64,000 bases of DNA from Flaccisagitta enflata (GCA_965153355.1 OZ231126.1:49166001-49230000), one strand, 5' to 3'. Shown: positions 40,836-54,876, numbered from the stretch's first letter. Notes: generated by a model from the sequence alone, not told the origin. Numbers and translations: made by a program.

Positions 40836-40915
<80 letters not shown>

Positions 40916-41030
40916 GCTTTTTTCTCGCTTTTTTGCTTTTCATTCAATCATTCATTCATTCATTCATTCATTCATTCATTCATTCATTCATTCATTCATT
41001 CATTCATTCGTTCATTCATCCTCCGCTTAC

Positions 41031-41172
41031 CCCGCTGTTGACGTGTTTGGCGTAAGGTCTCCATATGACGAAGAAGATCGGTGGGAAAACGAAGAAGACT
41101 GCGTTTGAGATGGAGTTCCAATATTCGGCGATCGCCTCAGATTTGGCATATCGGCTTACTTCGCTTTCGCAC
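41031..41172 (-). CDS. ACER: Alkaline ceramidase, coding exon 2
   Basis: cttag|G-CESEVSRYAKSEAIAEYWNSISNAVFFVFPPIFFVIWRPYAKHVNSG|GTAAGC; contains the IAE(F/Y)WN(T/S)xSN motif; 142 nt, phases consistent. Confidence 0.93.
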
Positions 41173-41301
41173 CTAAGGGATAGATCATTGCACCGCATCC
41201 ACTACTTACATGAATAAGTTGAAACGCTAATCGCTTTTACATAAGCCGATACATGACTACCAATCACAGATTGACTGTGATTCCGTGTTCTTGGTTACAC
41301 C

Positions 41302-41946
41302 CAGGGCCGTGGAGAGAAATGGCGGGCCCCCCCACTGGCCCCTGTGGCCGGGCCCCTTTCCCCCCCTCGTGTCGAATCATAGTGTTACCCCGGTTTGTTA
41401 AATTTTTAATTTTGTTTTATCAATACATCATTGTGAAATTTGCTTCTGTGCTTATACTTCTTCCTCCAAGACTTGCAACATTAGTGTTTATTGATTGTTT
41501 TTTTTTTTTATGAAACAAAAAATTCAGTAATGTTTCTTTGCCAGACTGCAAGTTTTAATAGAAAACATTTGAGCATTGAATGGCAAATACTTTTGAAAAT
41601 ACAAAACATTTTGAAATACTATCAATGAACTAAAAAAAGTTATTGAATTTTCCCCTTGCCACTTTAACAATAGTTCAAATCTGATTAAATTAGGGGCCTT
41701 TTAAAAATAATTGATACTATATCTTTTGAAAAAATTATGTAAAGTCCAACAAGCCCCAAGCATGATTTGATTAGAATTAGATTGTAATCACTCCTCTTTT
41801 TAGCTTTCCCCTTTTTTTTTTCTATTTTTTTTCTTTTTCAAAAGAACTTTTCATTTTTTTCTCCTACCTCAGAGGGCCCTCTGGGCCCCCCAGGGGCCCG
41901 GGCCCCCCTTCTCAGAGGGGGGTGGACCCCCCTCTCCACGGCCCTG
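41302..41946. mobile_element. hAT-type MITE in ACER intron 1
   Basis: 15-bp TIR CAGGGCCGTGGAGAG with exact 8-bp TSD GTTACACC. Confidence 0.92.
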
Positions 41947-42920
41947 GTTACACCATATATTGCATGCCAGCGAAAACGTATTTGAGAGTTTGGGCTACGT
42001 TCCTGACATGATATTGCAATAGTCTCCTCCCCGCGTCAATTCTGTTAAACTCCGTACCGACCGATCGACCGACCGGTCATGCACTCAAAAACAAAAAATG
42101 ATAGATGAGGTACGCTGCAAGGGAGGCAAAAACAAAAGTGCAATCTATCCAATATGCATTTTTAGATGCGTTGTCCCATATCTCTCTGTTCATCCGCCGA
42201 TCCATCGCTCCGTCGGTCATTCCATCCGTCGGCTGGTCAGTCGGTATGTCCGTTACGCCTCCTCGCAAATTACGTGACAGACGGCACAGATCGCCCGGAC
42301 GCGCCTGTCACATCAGAACTCAGCAATTTGTCGCTACAACCCTTAAAGGGCCCCAGCGGGCCCGAGCGTCCTGTAGGACCAGGGGTACTTTCCATCCGTC
42401 CATCCATCCGTCCATCCGTCCGTCCGTCCCGTCCCCCTCCCCCTTGTCAAGCCTCTCCATTTAATAACATGGGAAATTGATAAACTTGCTATTGAATAAC
42501 ATGGAAATTTAAATGCTAGAAATGCAAATTCAATAAATATGGAAAATGATAAAAACTGAAAAAATATAAAATTCATTGAATTACATGAGAAATTGAAAAA
42601 AATGCAAAATCCTCATTGATTGTTTGCGCCAAAGGCCTCAAATATGCCCTCTCAGGACGTATGGAAATTCACCCCTGTGTCCTACAGAACATCGGCCCTT
42701 AGGGGCCGCTGCCCTGCTCTCACACCACTTCTTCAGCTATCACTCCATGCAGGGCATCGGGTACCGCTGACCATGTGCAATCCTTGGATGACTTGTTTGG
42801 CCTTTGTACCCTGGAATTAGCACTCCCAGGCCTCATCAGGTACCCCTGACCATGTGCGATCCTTGGATGACTTGTTGTCAGTTCTTAAACAATGAATCTG
42901 CTCCAACTAGTGTTTCTTAC

Positions 42921-43012
42921 CAGACGACGTCTGAGGATTCTCTCTTGAGAGATTCGCCGAGCAGATGAACAACTTTGCCGACGAAAACCGAGTAGGCGTC
43001 GTAAGACATCAT
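42921..43012 (-). CDS. ACER: Alkaline ceramidase (ACER family), coding exon 1
   Basis: MMSYDAYSVFVGKVVHLLGESLKRESSDVV-TG|GTAAGA. An in-frame TAA lies upstream of the ATG. The phase-2 donor joins exon 2 to give SSDVVWCE (family motif SSxVDWCE). Confidence 0.85.
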
Positions 43013-43635
43013 CCGCGCTGGCCAAGGAGATGCGGAGGCGGATGAAGAGGAGGAGGAGGCGGAGGAAGAGGATGAGATGGTGGCGAATGAGGAGGTGGAA
43101 GTGGTCACTACCAGGCGGGAGGTCAGATTCACTTATGGGTGAAGCTCATTGGCTATTTTTTCTAATGTCATATCGGTGAAATGATCGATGTTTATGTCCT
43201 CGTTAGACAAGACAAAAATAAAGGGAAAAAAATCTTTAAAAAAAAAAAATAAAGAAAAAAAAATAAAGAAAAAAAAATAAAGAAAACACACCCGCGCTCA
43301 AATTCTCTATCCGATCATGCTTAGGTGGTTGAATTATCAGTTAAATCTAATTTTACATCAAAACCTATCAATTGAATCGCAGTGCGGAAACATTACCACC
43401 TACTCCCTCTTTGTCTGTTTGTTTCGACAATTATTCTAAAGACTATAGAAAGAAACCGGACCCCTTCTCATTAAAACGAGGATGGTAAACGTTATCTAAT
43501 CTTGCCTAATGCATATTTTTGACCCATAAGAAAATCCGACCTTTTTCCTCGATTTTCATCTTATTGGTTGTTATTTATCAAAAGAATTTGCAAGAATTGT
43601 AGTTGTCGTCGCTGTTGTTTGTGTTCATGAAATGC

Positions 43636-43688
<53 letters not shown>

Positions 43689-43690
43689 AT

Positions 43691-43867
<177 letters not shown>

Positions 43868-44224
43868 TGATTCAATTATTCCTGTTGCTGTTATGATTGC
43901 AATTGTTACGAATGTCGTTGAGCAATTTGAATTTGAAATTGATTAAATTTTGGTGACGGTTACGAGGGTACTACAATTTTGGCGAAAAACTATTTCTTTT
44001 TTTTTTTCTCAAAAAAATGGAAGAACAGTCGTTGCGAGACAAATTTCAGATGGCAAGGTTTTTAAAATCAAGCATGGAAAATGTTTCCTACTAATAGTTT
44101 GATAACGCGTGGAAAATTTTTCCTACGAGCGTTTTAATGAGTTTGGCGAGAGTTCAAACATAAAGCAAGTGTTTCTGCATCATCATCACATAGCATGTAT
44201 TCGGCATATTAGAGGAGCCATAAG

Positions 44225-44363
44225 CAGCGGCGTAGGAGGAGGGACTTCAGGGACTTCAATTGCAGTCCCTGCTGTCGGGACACCAAAGTTGTCGGGACAC
44301 CAAAGAAGAAGAAAAGAAAGAGAAAGGAAGAAAAAAAAAAGAAAAAAGAAATAGTAGGGAAAG

Positions 44364-44447
<84 letters not shown>

Positions 44448-44980
44448 ACCGACGGACAGACAGAGAGGAAAAGTAAGAATATATTAGTCAATGCTACAAT
44501 TGTCTTACATTACTGTGAAAACAAATCTTCTTTGTCAAGGCTGCAATTGTCTTACATTACTGTAAGTTAAAGTTATAGATTAAAGGTTAATGCTACAATT
44601 GTCATACATTACTTAAAGTTAAAGATTAAAAGCAATTTATAAAGCAATCAAAATTCTGTGGTTTTTAAGCTTATGTTAGTTTTAAGCAAATAAAGAGGGA
44701 AGTAGGGGAGCAAAGTAAGTAAAAAAAAAGAAGTGAAGATAGGTATTTAGGCACAAGCTGTGGCTGAGAGAAAAAAAAAACTCTTTTCTCCTATACCAGG
44801 TATGATTAAGCCCCATCCCACTTATCCAAGATCTCAAAGAAAACAAGAGTATGGTAGTAATTACTATTTTTCACAATTTTCAAGCAAAAACTACATATTA
44901 TTGTCTGTTGGGACACCAAATTTGTCGGACACTAGTTTGGTGGTTGAAGTCCCAAGAAATCCAGCTCCCCTACGCCGCTG
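44225..44980. mobile_element. hAT-type MITE
   Basis: TIR CAGCGGCGTAGG/CCTACGCCGCTG with exact 8-bp TSD GCCATAAG. Confidence 0.92.
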
Positions 44981-45452
44981 GCCATAAGATTTTACAAAGA
45001 AAAGCGTTTTTTTTATATACGTCTGTGTATCTTTTCTCATAGCCTTTTAAGACCGGCATGAAAAAAATATAGCAGCGACGTGTATTTTCTCAACTTCTAT
45101 TTTTTTTTCTCCGTTCTTTTATTATCCGGTCATGCATTCCAAGTTCCGGTAAAAAGGTCAAATCTCGCTCTTTCTTTCTCTCTCTCTATCTCGACCGTCT
45201 CGTTTTTCGGCAGGACGCAGAGCGTCTATTAACTTGGCGTGCGTCTACAGATTTTTCTCCATTTCCTTTCTTTTTTATATCTTGCTTTCCTTTCTTTTTT
45301 CTCATGCTTTGCTTCCGTTTTCTTTCTCTCTTTCCTTTTTCCTTCACTTTGGCAGGATTCTAGTTTTTCTTTTTTCTGTACTATCAACTCCAGACAATCA
45401 TTGCCATTGGACGCTGGCGGGCTAATAGCGTCCATATATGTCGGTATGTGGT

Positions 45453-45507
<55 letters not shown>

Positions 45508-45916
45508 ATTCTATTAGGGATCAGATGGTTTTGCCTATCTTCTTTCTTCTCTTCTTCTTCTTCTTCTTCTTCTTCTTCTTCTTCTTCTTCTTCTTCTTCT
45601 TCTTCTTCCGCCTCTACACTGTATCCTCAACCCCCTCCTCTTCTTGAAATTTTCTGCCTCTTCATCCTTGTTTCCGTTGGCTTCTAGCGCAACCAATGGC
45701 ATAGATGTTAAAGAGAACGTGACGCCCCGGGGCGAAAAGGTGGGGGGGGGGGGCTGATCCCAGTTCCATTCAGAAATCGATATAAAGGACAAACCAAACC
45801 TTTGCCAGTTTTATGTGCGTGTTAACGATTTGCATATTATGACCCTAAAGACTTTACCCGTTATCGTCTCTTACAGTTACGGTTTCTGTCTGTCTGTTTG
45901 TCTGTCTCTGTTTGTC

Positions 45917-45964
<48 letters not shown>

Positions 45965-46052
45965 CCTTTGACATACACAAAAACAAACAAACAAACAAAC
46001 ATGTCCACGCCTATAGAATAGGCCCGATAGTCGATACACAGGCAGAACTTAC

Positions 46053-46172
46053 ACTAAGACGGTTTGATCGAAGATGTAACCGTAGTTTTCCTTTCCTGGA
46101 ATCGTTGATTCTTTGACGTAACTCATGATGGCGCTGAGGTTCTTCTTTTTTTTGCCGCCGGAAGTGACGCTT
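46053..46172 (-). promoter_or_regulatory. Candidate promoter and first exon upstream of ACER
   Basis: ETS-like CCGGAAGTGAC at ~46158, then GCCATCATG with a short open frame (MSYVKESTIPGKENYGYIFDQTVL) ending at a consensus donor GTAAGT; ~3 kb upstream of the ACER ATG. Confidence 0.3.
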
Positions 46173-47088
46173 TTTTTTAAACTTCAATGAGAGTGACGTC
46201 GATTAAGAGAAATCTAGAAATAAAGTGTAGAGGATGAAGGAAATTTTTATGAGTATTTATGAGTAATTTTGATGAGTATTACGAGTATTATGAGTATAAT
46301 TATGACGATTGACGGAGTTGACCAGGTCACCAAATCAGATTATGAGTGACTATAGTAACTACAGTTGAACCCCGCTCCAACGGACCCGCTTCTAACGGAT
46401 TTCTGCCTATAACAGATAGTAATTCTTGATCTCTTCAACATGTTTTCTTTTATGTCCTATATTGGCTATAACAGAATTCCGCTTCAAACAGATGAAATGT
46501 GTTGATCCCCTGAAACCTCTTAGAGCGTGGTTTAACTGTATATAGTTGCGGGACCCATCCAATGCCAGGAGCAGACATACAAATCTTTCAAACCTTCCAA
46601 GGGGCAGGGATTTCAACCTCAAAGTTTCCTGTCTTAAAGCAATCAAAATACAGTGGAGCACCGCTAGAGCAAACTCGCTAATAAGCCATGCCCGCCTATA
46701 AGGCATACAATATGCTGCCCCATGAGAGATTTTGTAGTTATTTCAATATTGGCAATAAGGCAGCTTCAGTATAACTATAAGGTATGATTTTGTCCGGTAC
46801 CTTGGCATGCGCTCTAGTGAAGCGCAACTGTATAGAAAAAAAGCAAAAAAATATGCATAAATACACTTTTTTTCATTTTAAGACATACAATAAGACAGTT
46901 CTACACCTCATCAAGTGAGGTTGACATTTTGAAGTGAATCAACAGCCCCTGAGATGTGATAGAATTTGAGTTTTGAAGCTGCAGAAATATGCACAGTGCC
47001 ATTTTCCTACACCATGCATCATGTCAATCGTGTCTTTAATCAACCCATCAGCATGTCTCTTTTTTACTCCTTTTTTTTCTTTCTCTCT

Positions 47089-47162
<74 letters not shown>

Positions 47163-48958
47163 TTTTCCCTTCCCTTTCCTTCCGACAAGCTTCCATCCCT
47201 TCCGAGGAGCGGCGCCCCCCGCTCCTCCATAATGTGTATGTCTGGCCAGGAGTTAGCGCTAGGTTTGGTTACGAAAAAGATAATGAGTATAAACTACAGT
47301 TGAACCCCGCAATAACGGATGTGAAGGGACCAATGAATTTCATCCACTATAGGCGGATTTCCATTATTGCTAATATAGAAATTAAAAGAAAATGACATGA
47401 AAGAATTAAGTTCTTGGATCCGTAATAGCGGGGTTTAACTGTATATATATGAGATGAGGAACATATGTAACAACGATCAACAGTTTTCAACCCTGATGAA
47501 CTGATCACGAAATTCAGGTCGAGCATGAGTAACATCTGTCGCATAATTATTGTCACAACTTCAAATAGGAAAAACTATACTAAGTATTGACCTAGTGTTA
47601 TGAAATTTAAATAGGAGATAGCAAAAAACCATTTTTTTGAGAATCAAGAAGGCTCAAAACATTTGTGATTTTTTTAACCACAATAATAGGTTCAAATAAT
47701 AAAACAAAAAAAAACTGATTTTTACTAATGTTTAACTGAATATCTAAAATGGATTAAAAGTCTTTACTGTTGATCATTTTTAATGGATAGCAATCAATAT
47801 GCCACAGCTTTAGTGATTTGCTAGATTGTATTGATACCTGCTAGTCTCATCTTTGAAAGAATGGCACCAGAGAACTCAGAAAATTGATATAAAACAAGAT
47901 TACAACTCTAGATTTTCCATCACTTTCTTTTGTTCAAATTTTCAATATATGTGTCTTACTTTATACTATGAAGGTAATTTGGTCAAAATCACTTTTTTTT
48001 AGTAAATAAATACTAAAATTTAATTCATCGGAAATTTTTGTAAAAAAAAAAACCAACAGTGAAAAAATCTTATGAAGTATTCTAATGTTGTGACGATAAT
48101 TATGCGACAGATGTTAAGGATCGCGATTTTCATTTCATGTCGTAGATGACCACAAGGTTGTATTACGTAAACTGGAAACAGGGAACCGTGCGATCGGGCA
48201 GGAGCAATATACTATCTAGAACATATGTATATCGGCGAGCGTTTTGGGTCATATCTCTGCTAAAAATTAAAAAAAATCATATAAAAATCAGTGAGATTCT
48301 GAAACTTCATCAAATTTCTGATCTAGTGCCACCAACCGCGTTCTTGTAGCTCAATTTGTTTAGAAATGACGGGCAAAACAAGAACGCTACTTCAAATGAA
48401 AATTGCTGAAAAATTATATCTAATTTTTGTCGCTTTAGGTACTTAGCCAAGTGTTATCTTTTTGTTAGTTTAAGGTTGTTGTCAGACTTTAAGGCTGCTA
48501 CAGTGGTGCCATAGGATCGCCATGTCATTTCCATGGTCACTCCAAACTCGGTTATAGATCAGATGGTTGATAAGTAGGCAGCTATGGAGAAGGTATTGCG
48601 CATCATTTGATATGGATATAAAAAATTCTGCTCTGAAGGTGTGAGGGAAGACTGTGTCATCCTTTTCTCAAAATATCTCTTCAAGAGTATATGAAGATAA
48701 TTTAGGCCGTTATTGTTGTTCACAACATACATACAAAAAATCACAAAGATCAAATTATATATTTTCTTTTCATTTGATGAATAAACAGCCTGATAAAGAT
48801 CTTGCCGATATACTTTTGTTCTAGATAGTAGCACTGAAGAAATGCTGACATCGCAAAGTAAAAAATCGTAGATATCCTTAAAAAGATGAATTTGAAACGA
48901 CGCAGACTTATTTTTTTTTTTGCTATTAACTGGACGGATCAAAAGACGCACGGAAGTA

Positions 48959-49895
48959 CACTTTTTTTTTTTATAAGAACCTAGTTTATAAGAACATCAA
49001 GGCTTCAAATTACCCAAAAATTAAGAACATCTTAAGAACATATGAAGGCTTCAAATTCTAAAAGAAAATTTTTTGTAACAATTAAACTTTTATAGATATT
49101 GATAAAATACTTGAAATTAGAAAATATCAAATAAAATTCTGCTATTTTTAATATAAATGCTATAAAAATATCTTTTGACTTTATGATTTAGTATCTATTT
49201 TAGCATTAATTGATAGAAATACATTTATTTTTAATAATTGATAGTGAATTAAAAGGTTTACTATAATTTATTTGTTATCTAGAATTAAGAACGCTCTAAG
49301 AACATTGAAGGCTTGATTTTGCCTCAAAAATAAGAACATGAAGCCTTTGGAGAAAAAATGATGTTCTTATAAAAAATAAAAAGTGTAATAACCCTCTTTA
49401 AAAAAAGCCGTTAGCAGGTGACATAAAAAAGGTAGCTCATTATTTTGTCTTTAATTACTCATTTAATGACCATACGAAATAGTGCCTCTCATAGTTAACA
49501 CTCTTTTCTTTTTATCATTTTTTATTTCTAAGACCAAATTAAGCTTTCAACTTTCTTAAAATGTTCTTGATTTCAAATACTTTATAGATTAAAAGAAACC
49601 TTATAATCTACTATTTTTTGATGATATTTAATATATGTTTATCAATAATCACTAAAATAGATACTAAATAACAAATGGAAATATATTCTAAGGCTATTTA
49701 TCTTTAACATAGCAAAATTTTGTTGTACATATACTAGAATTTTAGTGTTTTATTAATATTTCTTAAGTACTACCCTTAATATTTTTTTTTCTTCAAAAGT
49801 GAAGCCTTCATATGTTTTTAAGATGTTCTTAACTTTCAGGCCATTTGAAGCCTTGATGTTCTCATAAACTAGGTTCTTTTAAAAAGGAAAGAGTG
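48959..49895. mobile_element. Two related MITE copies in inverted orientation (48959-49385 and ~49499-49895)
   Basis: AAGAACCTAGTTTATAAGAACATCAAGGCTTCAAAT at left is reverse-complemented (one mismatch) at right; outer ends TA|CACT..AGTG|TA. Confidence 0.75.
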
Positions 49896-50194
49896 TATGC
49901 ATATGACTTAAACATACGTAACATACGTAACTTCAAATGCACTTCGTCTTGGACGGGACATCTATAAACAATCATGACAAATTGTCCTATCTATAACACG
50001 ATTATGTAAAAAACGTAATCATCAAATCGGCGCAGCCATTTTGTCGCTCGCCGAATGTAGCTGTCGAGAGATTTCACTAAAAGAATGACGAGACGACGTC
50101 ATCAACCGAATCCTTAAAAGTGACGACATATCCAAGTATCTGGTCAGTGGTTCACTTGCTCTTTTATCTTTTTTACAAAAATTAAAGGGGAAAA

Positions 50195-50992
50195 CAGGGG
50201 TGTATATTATTGAGTGGCTTCTGATTTTTTTCCTGCCCCCTGCCTTTGATTTTCCTCCCTGCGATGCGTCGCATTGTATTTTTATATCTATGATTTTCTT
50301 CCCCAAAAGCCAATAAAACAATGAAGTTAAGGTTTAAGTAGTGTTAAATTGTGTTTTACTAATTGTGTTTTATGATTTGGTACTGTCAAAAGTTATATTT
50401 TCCCCAAATTTCCTTTTTGGGCAGCGGCCCCGAAGGGGTCGATGACCTATGCTTTCATTTTCTCCTCCTCCTTCTTATCCTCCTCCTTCGTACCCCCCTC
50501 CCCCAGCCTCCAGGCCCAAATCTCAGCCTGGAGGCCCATATCCCAGCCTCGAGGCCCAAATCCCAGTCTTGAGGCCCAAATCCCACCCTCAAGGCCCCAA
50601 TCCCAATCCCAAGGCCAAGATTCCAGTCTCTAGGGATTTGGGCCTCAAGACTGGGATTTGGGCCTCGAGGCTGGGATATGGGCCTCCAGGCTGAGATATG
50701 GGCCCGGAGGCTGGGGGAGGGGGGTGCGGAGGAGGAGGAGAAGAAGGAGGAGGAGAAAATTCCCCATATGTGTGAAAGCATAGGTCATCAACCCCTTCGG
50801 GGCCGCTGCCCTGCTCCCCCCTCAACTTCATCCACAACCTACTTAAGCAGGGCACGGGTACCGCTGACCATCTAACGCTTTTGCGACTATTTTCTCTTTT
50901 TTCCCCTTTGATTCCCTTCCCCATCTCCAGACCCTTTGATTTTCCCTCCCCCCCCCCACCGGGGGGAGGGAACTCAATATTATACAGGCCTG
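50195..50992. mobile_element. hAT MITE (reverse copy of 9069-9367) with nested family B element 50414-50892
   Basis: CAGGGGTGTATA/TATACAGGCCTG termini, exact 8-bp TSD GGGGAAAA; shares GATGCGTCGC and adjacent internal sequence with the 9069 copy. Confidence 0.85.
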
Positions 50993-52844
50993 GGGGAAAA
51001 TATAAATGGGATGTACATTACCACTTGACTTGGACTTTAACTTAAACTGAACTTATGTTCTTAACAATTTCTTCAATTGCTAGGGCACATGGTCAAAAAA
51101 AGTATTAGTGAGATGAAAACAGCGAAAACTGACTACTGATTACTGACTGCTGACCAACATGCAACAGTACAACAAATGGACTAACACAAAGTGGTTTAGA
51201 AAAAATAGAATCACGTGCACATAAACTGACAAATAAGCAAATTAGAAATTCTTAATTACTTTTTTTACTCTAATGCTCATCGCTACCCTCATGTCCGCTG
51301 CCCAAAAAAGAAAAAGAAAAAAAAAAGGTGAAGAGTCACGCGCGATGAGTTCGTCGTTGAAATCCGGTAGTCGATCTCTGATTGGTCAATCCTACCAACG
51401 ACGAACTACTGGGGGAGAGGTGGCGGATGCGGATGATGATGCTCAATCACGATTACGACGAGAGCGGGTAATCGGTCAACCACTTCTAGTAGCTTCTTTG
51501 TTTTACATCATCGAGCGCGTCGTCATCATAGTTGAAAACTGTATCAATTCTTTTCTCTCTGCTTCGGTTTTGTAAACGTTTGAAGGTGAAACATTTAAGT
51601 TTCGTGAAACGATCTACAATTTCAATTGTCCCACGAGGGAGTGAGCGAAGTGAGTGAGCGAGCCCGTGAACAGAGTAATCGAGCCAAGCAAGTGATCCGA
51701 GTGAGCGGTGCGAGCGAACGAACGTAGCGAGTTAAAAACGCGATTGTCTCTGACTAGAAACGCACCCTCTCTCTGCTTTGAGGTTTGCCCTCGTTTTTCG
51801 TGATCTTTCGCGCGAGAGCCACTTTATTTCGCGTTCACCCCATTTTTAAAAGCCTCTGAATGGTTTCGGTTCAGGACGATCGTGAAGTTGCTTTTTAAAA
51901 TGTCCGTTCATTGTTTTTAGGTGCGACAAAGCACCTCTATAACTGGCTGTGTCCGTCTGTCGGTCTGTCGGTCGGTTGGTCTGTAACGCATTCGTTCGAC
52001 AATCCACACGTCGCACCTATTGGCCTACTTGGCCTTGTTAAAACGTCTTTTCCTGGTTTATGTTGTATCTCCATCTCTGACCCATAGATGCTCTTCATTC
52101 ATTTCTAGCCTTTGGCGGTGGCGGTTCTTTTTCTTTACATTTTTTCCCACTTTTCTTATTCTTCTTGTTCATGTTATTTATCTTTTTCTTTGTCTTTGTC
52201 TTCGTCTTCTATTTCTTCTTCTTTTTGGGCAGCGGACCCCTAATCTTTTTAGATTTTTTTTCTTTTCTTTTTCTATGTCTATGTCTTCGACTTCTATTTC
52301 CTCTTCTTTTTCCTTTTTCTTCTTCTTCTTCTTCTTCTTCTTCTTCTTCTTCTTCTTCTCCTTCTTCTTATTCCTCTTCTTTTATGGGTCACTGGAGAGG
52401 CCAATCATATCAAAACATGTGAAAACGTCACAAGTTTTGAGCTTCTAGAAAGTTATTTTATCTTTGCAATTCTTTTATCCCTTCTGATGTAAATCAATCC
52501 TTCATTGATGAGCCACCTACGCCATGTCAGACTCGTCCTTTTAACGAGCGAATTCTTGCTCGCGTCACGTAATTTAACATACATTGGTAGGTGATTCGAA
52601 CCGTTTGGATTACAGTTACAGTTTTACCCCCAGACGTCTTTATTCTTCTTTTCTGCCGAGAAGCAAAAAATTTTCCCTGAATGCTGCCGACTTGACTTGA
52701 TCCTTGTGTTGAAAGTGGGGATCAGCGCGGCGAAAAAGTTATTGATAAAGCACCCTGCCCCTCCAGGAACGCACTTAACTATTCGAATAAATAATCAATA
52801 TGCAGTGTTAAGGTCAGAGTCACTTCGAAAGGGTCATCCAACTA

Positions 52845-53802
52845 ACTATGGCAAAATAAAAAAAGACAGTAATTTTCAAAATGATATTGTGAGCTCATTT
52901 TTTAGCGCAGCTTTATAATTTTTTAGACCATAATAGCTTGTCAAATTTGCTACCTAGCAAAAAAATCAGATCTTCAAAAAGTTGATTTTTGCACCCATAG
53001 CATTGATTTTTGTAAAATTTGTCTATTGAACAATCGCCGAGTTGGTTTCCGTTTCAGTTTAGACTTAACTTTGAAAATTGACTGTGAGCTCAATTTTTGG
53101 AGCAAGATCAAAATTTTTGAGATGGTGATAGCGTGTCGAATTTCTGACACAGCGAAAAAATCAAAACTCAAAAAAGTTTATTTTTGTAGCTGCAACATCA
53201 ATTTTTGTAAAATCAGTTGAAGTTGGAAGACCAAAATTAAAAAACATTTATTTAGAAATGATTTCAAATGTTCATTTTTTTTAGTAGCTTCACATTTTTT
53301 TTAGTTGATGATAGTATAACAAGTTTTTGACACAGCAAAAAAATCAGAACTCAAAAAAGTGTATTTTTGCATCGGTATCATCAATTTTTGTGAAAAGACA
53401 TCCAATAAAAAATCTGGTATTGATATCCAGTTTTGAAAGATTTTACAAGAATTGATGCAGAAGGTACAAAAATACATTTCTTTGAATTCTGATTTTTTTG
53501 CTGTGTCAACAATTTGACCTGCTATCACCATCTCAAAAATATTGATCTTGCTCTAAAAGTTGAGATCACAGTAAATTTTCAAAGTTGGATCTAAACTGAA
53601 ACTTATTCGGCGATGGTTCAATTGACAAATTTTGCAAAACTCAATGCTACGGGCACAAAAATCAACTTTTTCAAGATCTGATTTTTTTACCAGGTAGCAA
53701 ATTTGACAAACTATCATAGTCTAAAAAATTATGAAGCTGCTCTGAAAAATGAATTCACAATATCATTTTGAAAATTACTGTCTTTTTTTATTTTGCCATA
53801 GT
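52845..53802. mobile_element. ~960-bp foldback element, TA-flanked
   Basis: ACTATGGCAAAATAAAAAAAGACAGTAATTTTCAAAATGATATTGTGA... is mirrored at the right end; arms of ~370 bp. Confidence 0.9.
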
Positions 53803-54840
53803 TAGAACTCCTCTTTGTCATCCAGATCTGACACAACAATAATGCTGCCTCGACTCAAACTCAAAATCAGATAGTGTCATGAGTTTCATGTGTTTTTCGA
53901 GAGTTCATGCTCATCTATTCTACTAGGTATGTAGTTTTTCATGGAATATATAGTCAATGTAAATCTGATTTGCTGAGGGGTGCATGAAACAAATGATGAT
54001 GTAGACAACTTTTGCATGCACATAAGCTATTCTTTATTGATTTTACAATCAGGATGATTTATATCAAGTTACAGAGCAACTTGAAATAACTGTTTTTCAA
54101 GTCAACGAAATAACAATAGAGAAGTCATTAAAAAACTGCGATATGCAAATGATATTTTTGCTGACTTCAATTGCCATTTTTCTCCAACATTGCTTTCTTC
54201 CCTCTTTTCTTTCTTCTTTTCATCATTCTTCTTTTCTTCTTTCTTCTTTTCATCATTCTTCTTTTCTTCTTTCTTCTTATCTTCATCTTCTTCCTACGGG
54301 ACCTGCCGATATCTTCCTCCCCCTGCCGAGAAGCGGCGCTGCTCGCTGCTCCAGAATCAAGAGGCCTGTTTACCACTGGTTATTCTCAAGTGTACAAATG
54401 GGAGTTTTACGCAATAGAGAATTCGCAAAATTGACGCTACCGAGAATTGATGTTTTTGACGCAATAGAGAATTCTGTGTAAGGCTAAAAATATTTAAAAA
54501 TTTCCATGCTCACAACTGAGAATTCCCATCTTCTCTGTCTCTCTGTCTCTCTTTCTTTATCTCTCTCTTCTTTATCTCTCTTCTCTCTCTCTCTCTTCTC
54601 TTTCTTTATCTCCTTTGATCTCTTCTTTCTTTTTTTTTTCTCTCCGTCCTCTTCTTTTTCCTTTTTTTTTTTCTTTTTTTTCTTCTTCTTTTCTCTCTTT
54701 TTTTTCTTTCTTTCTTTTATTGTTTCTGCCTTCTTTTTTCTTCTGTTCCTTCCTTCTTTCTTACTTTACTTTACTTGCTTGCTTACTTACTTACTTATTT
54801 ACTCACTCTTTACTTACTTTCTTTCATACTTTCCCTTTTT

Positions 54841-54876
<36 letters not shown>

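Noticed and set aside
52575-52640. GGTTCGAATC B-box-like motif (minus strand) suggesting a tRNA
   Set aside because: No cloverleaf or clear A-box could be built; at most a decayed SINE fragment.
54143-54481. Lys/Glu-rich open frames with a GC-rich patch
   Set aside because: Mostly a 27-bp duplication and purine-rich low complexity; no recognisable domain or paired splice sites.
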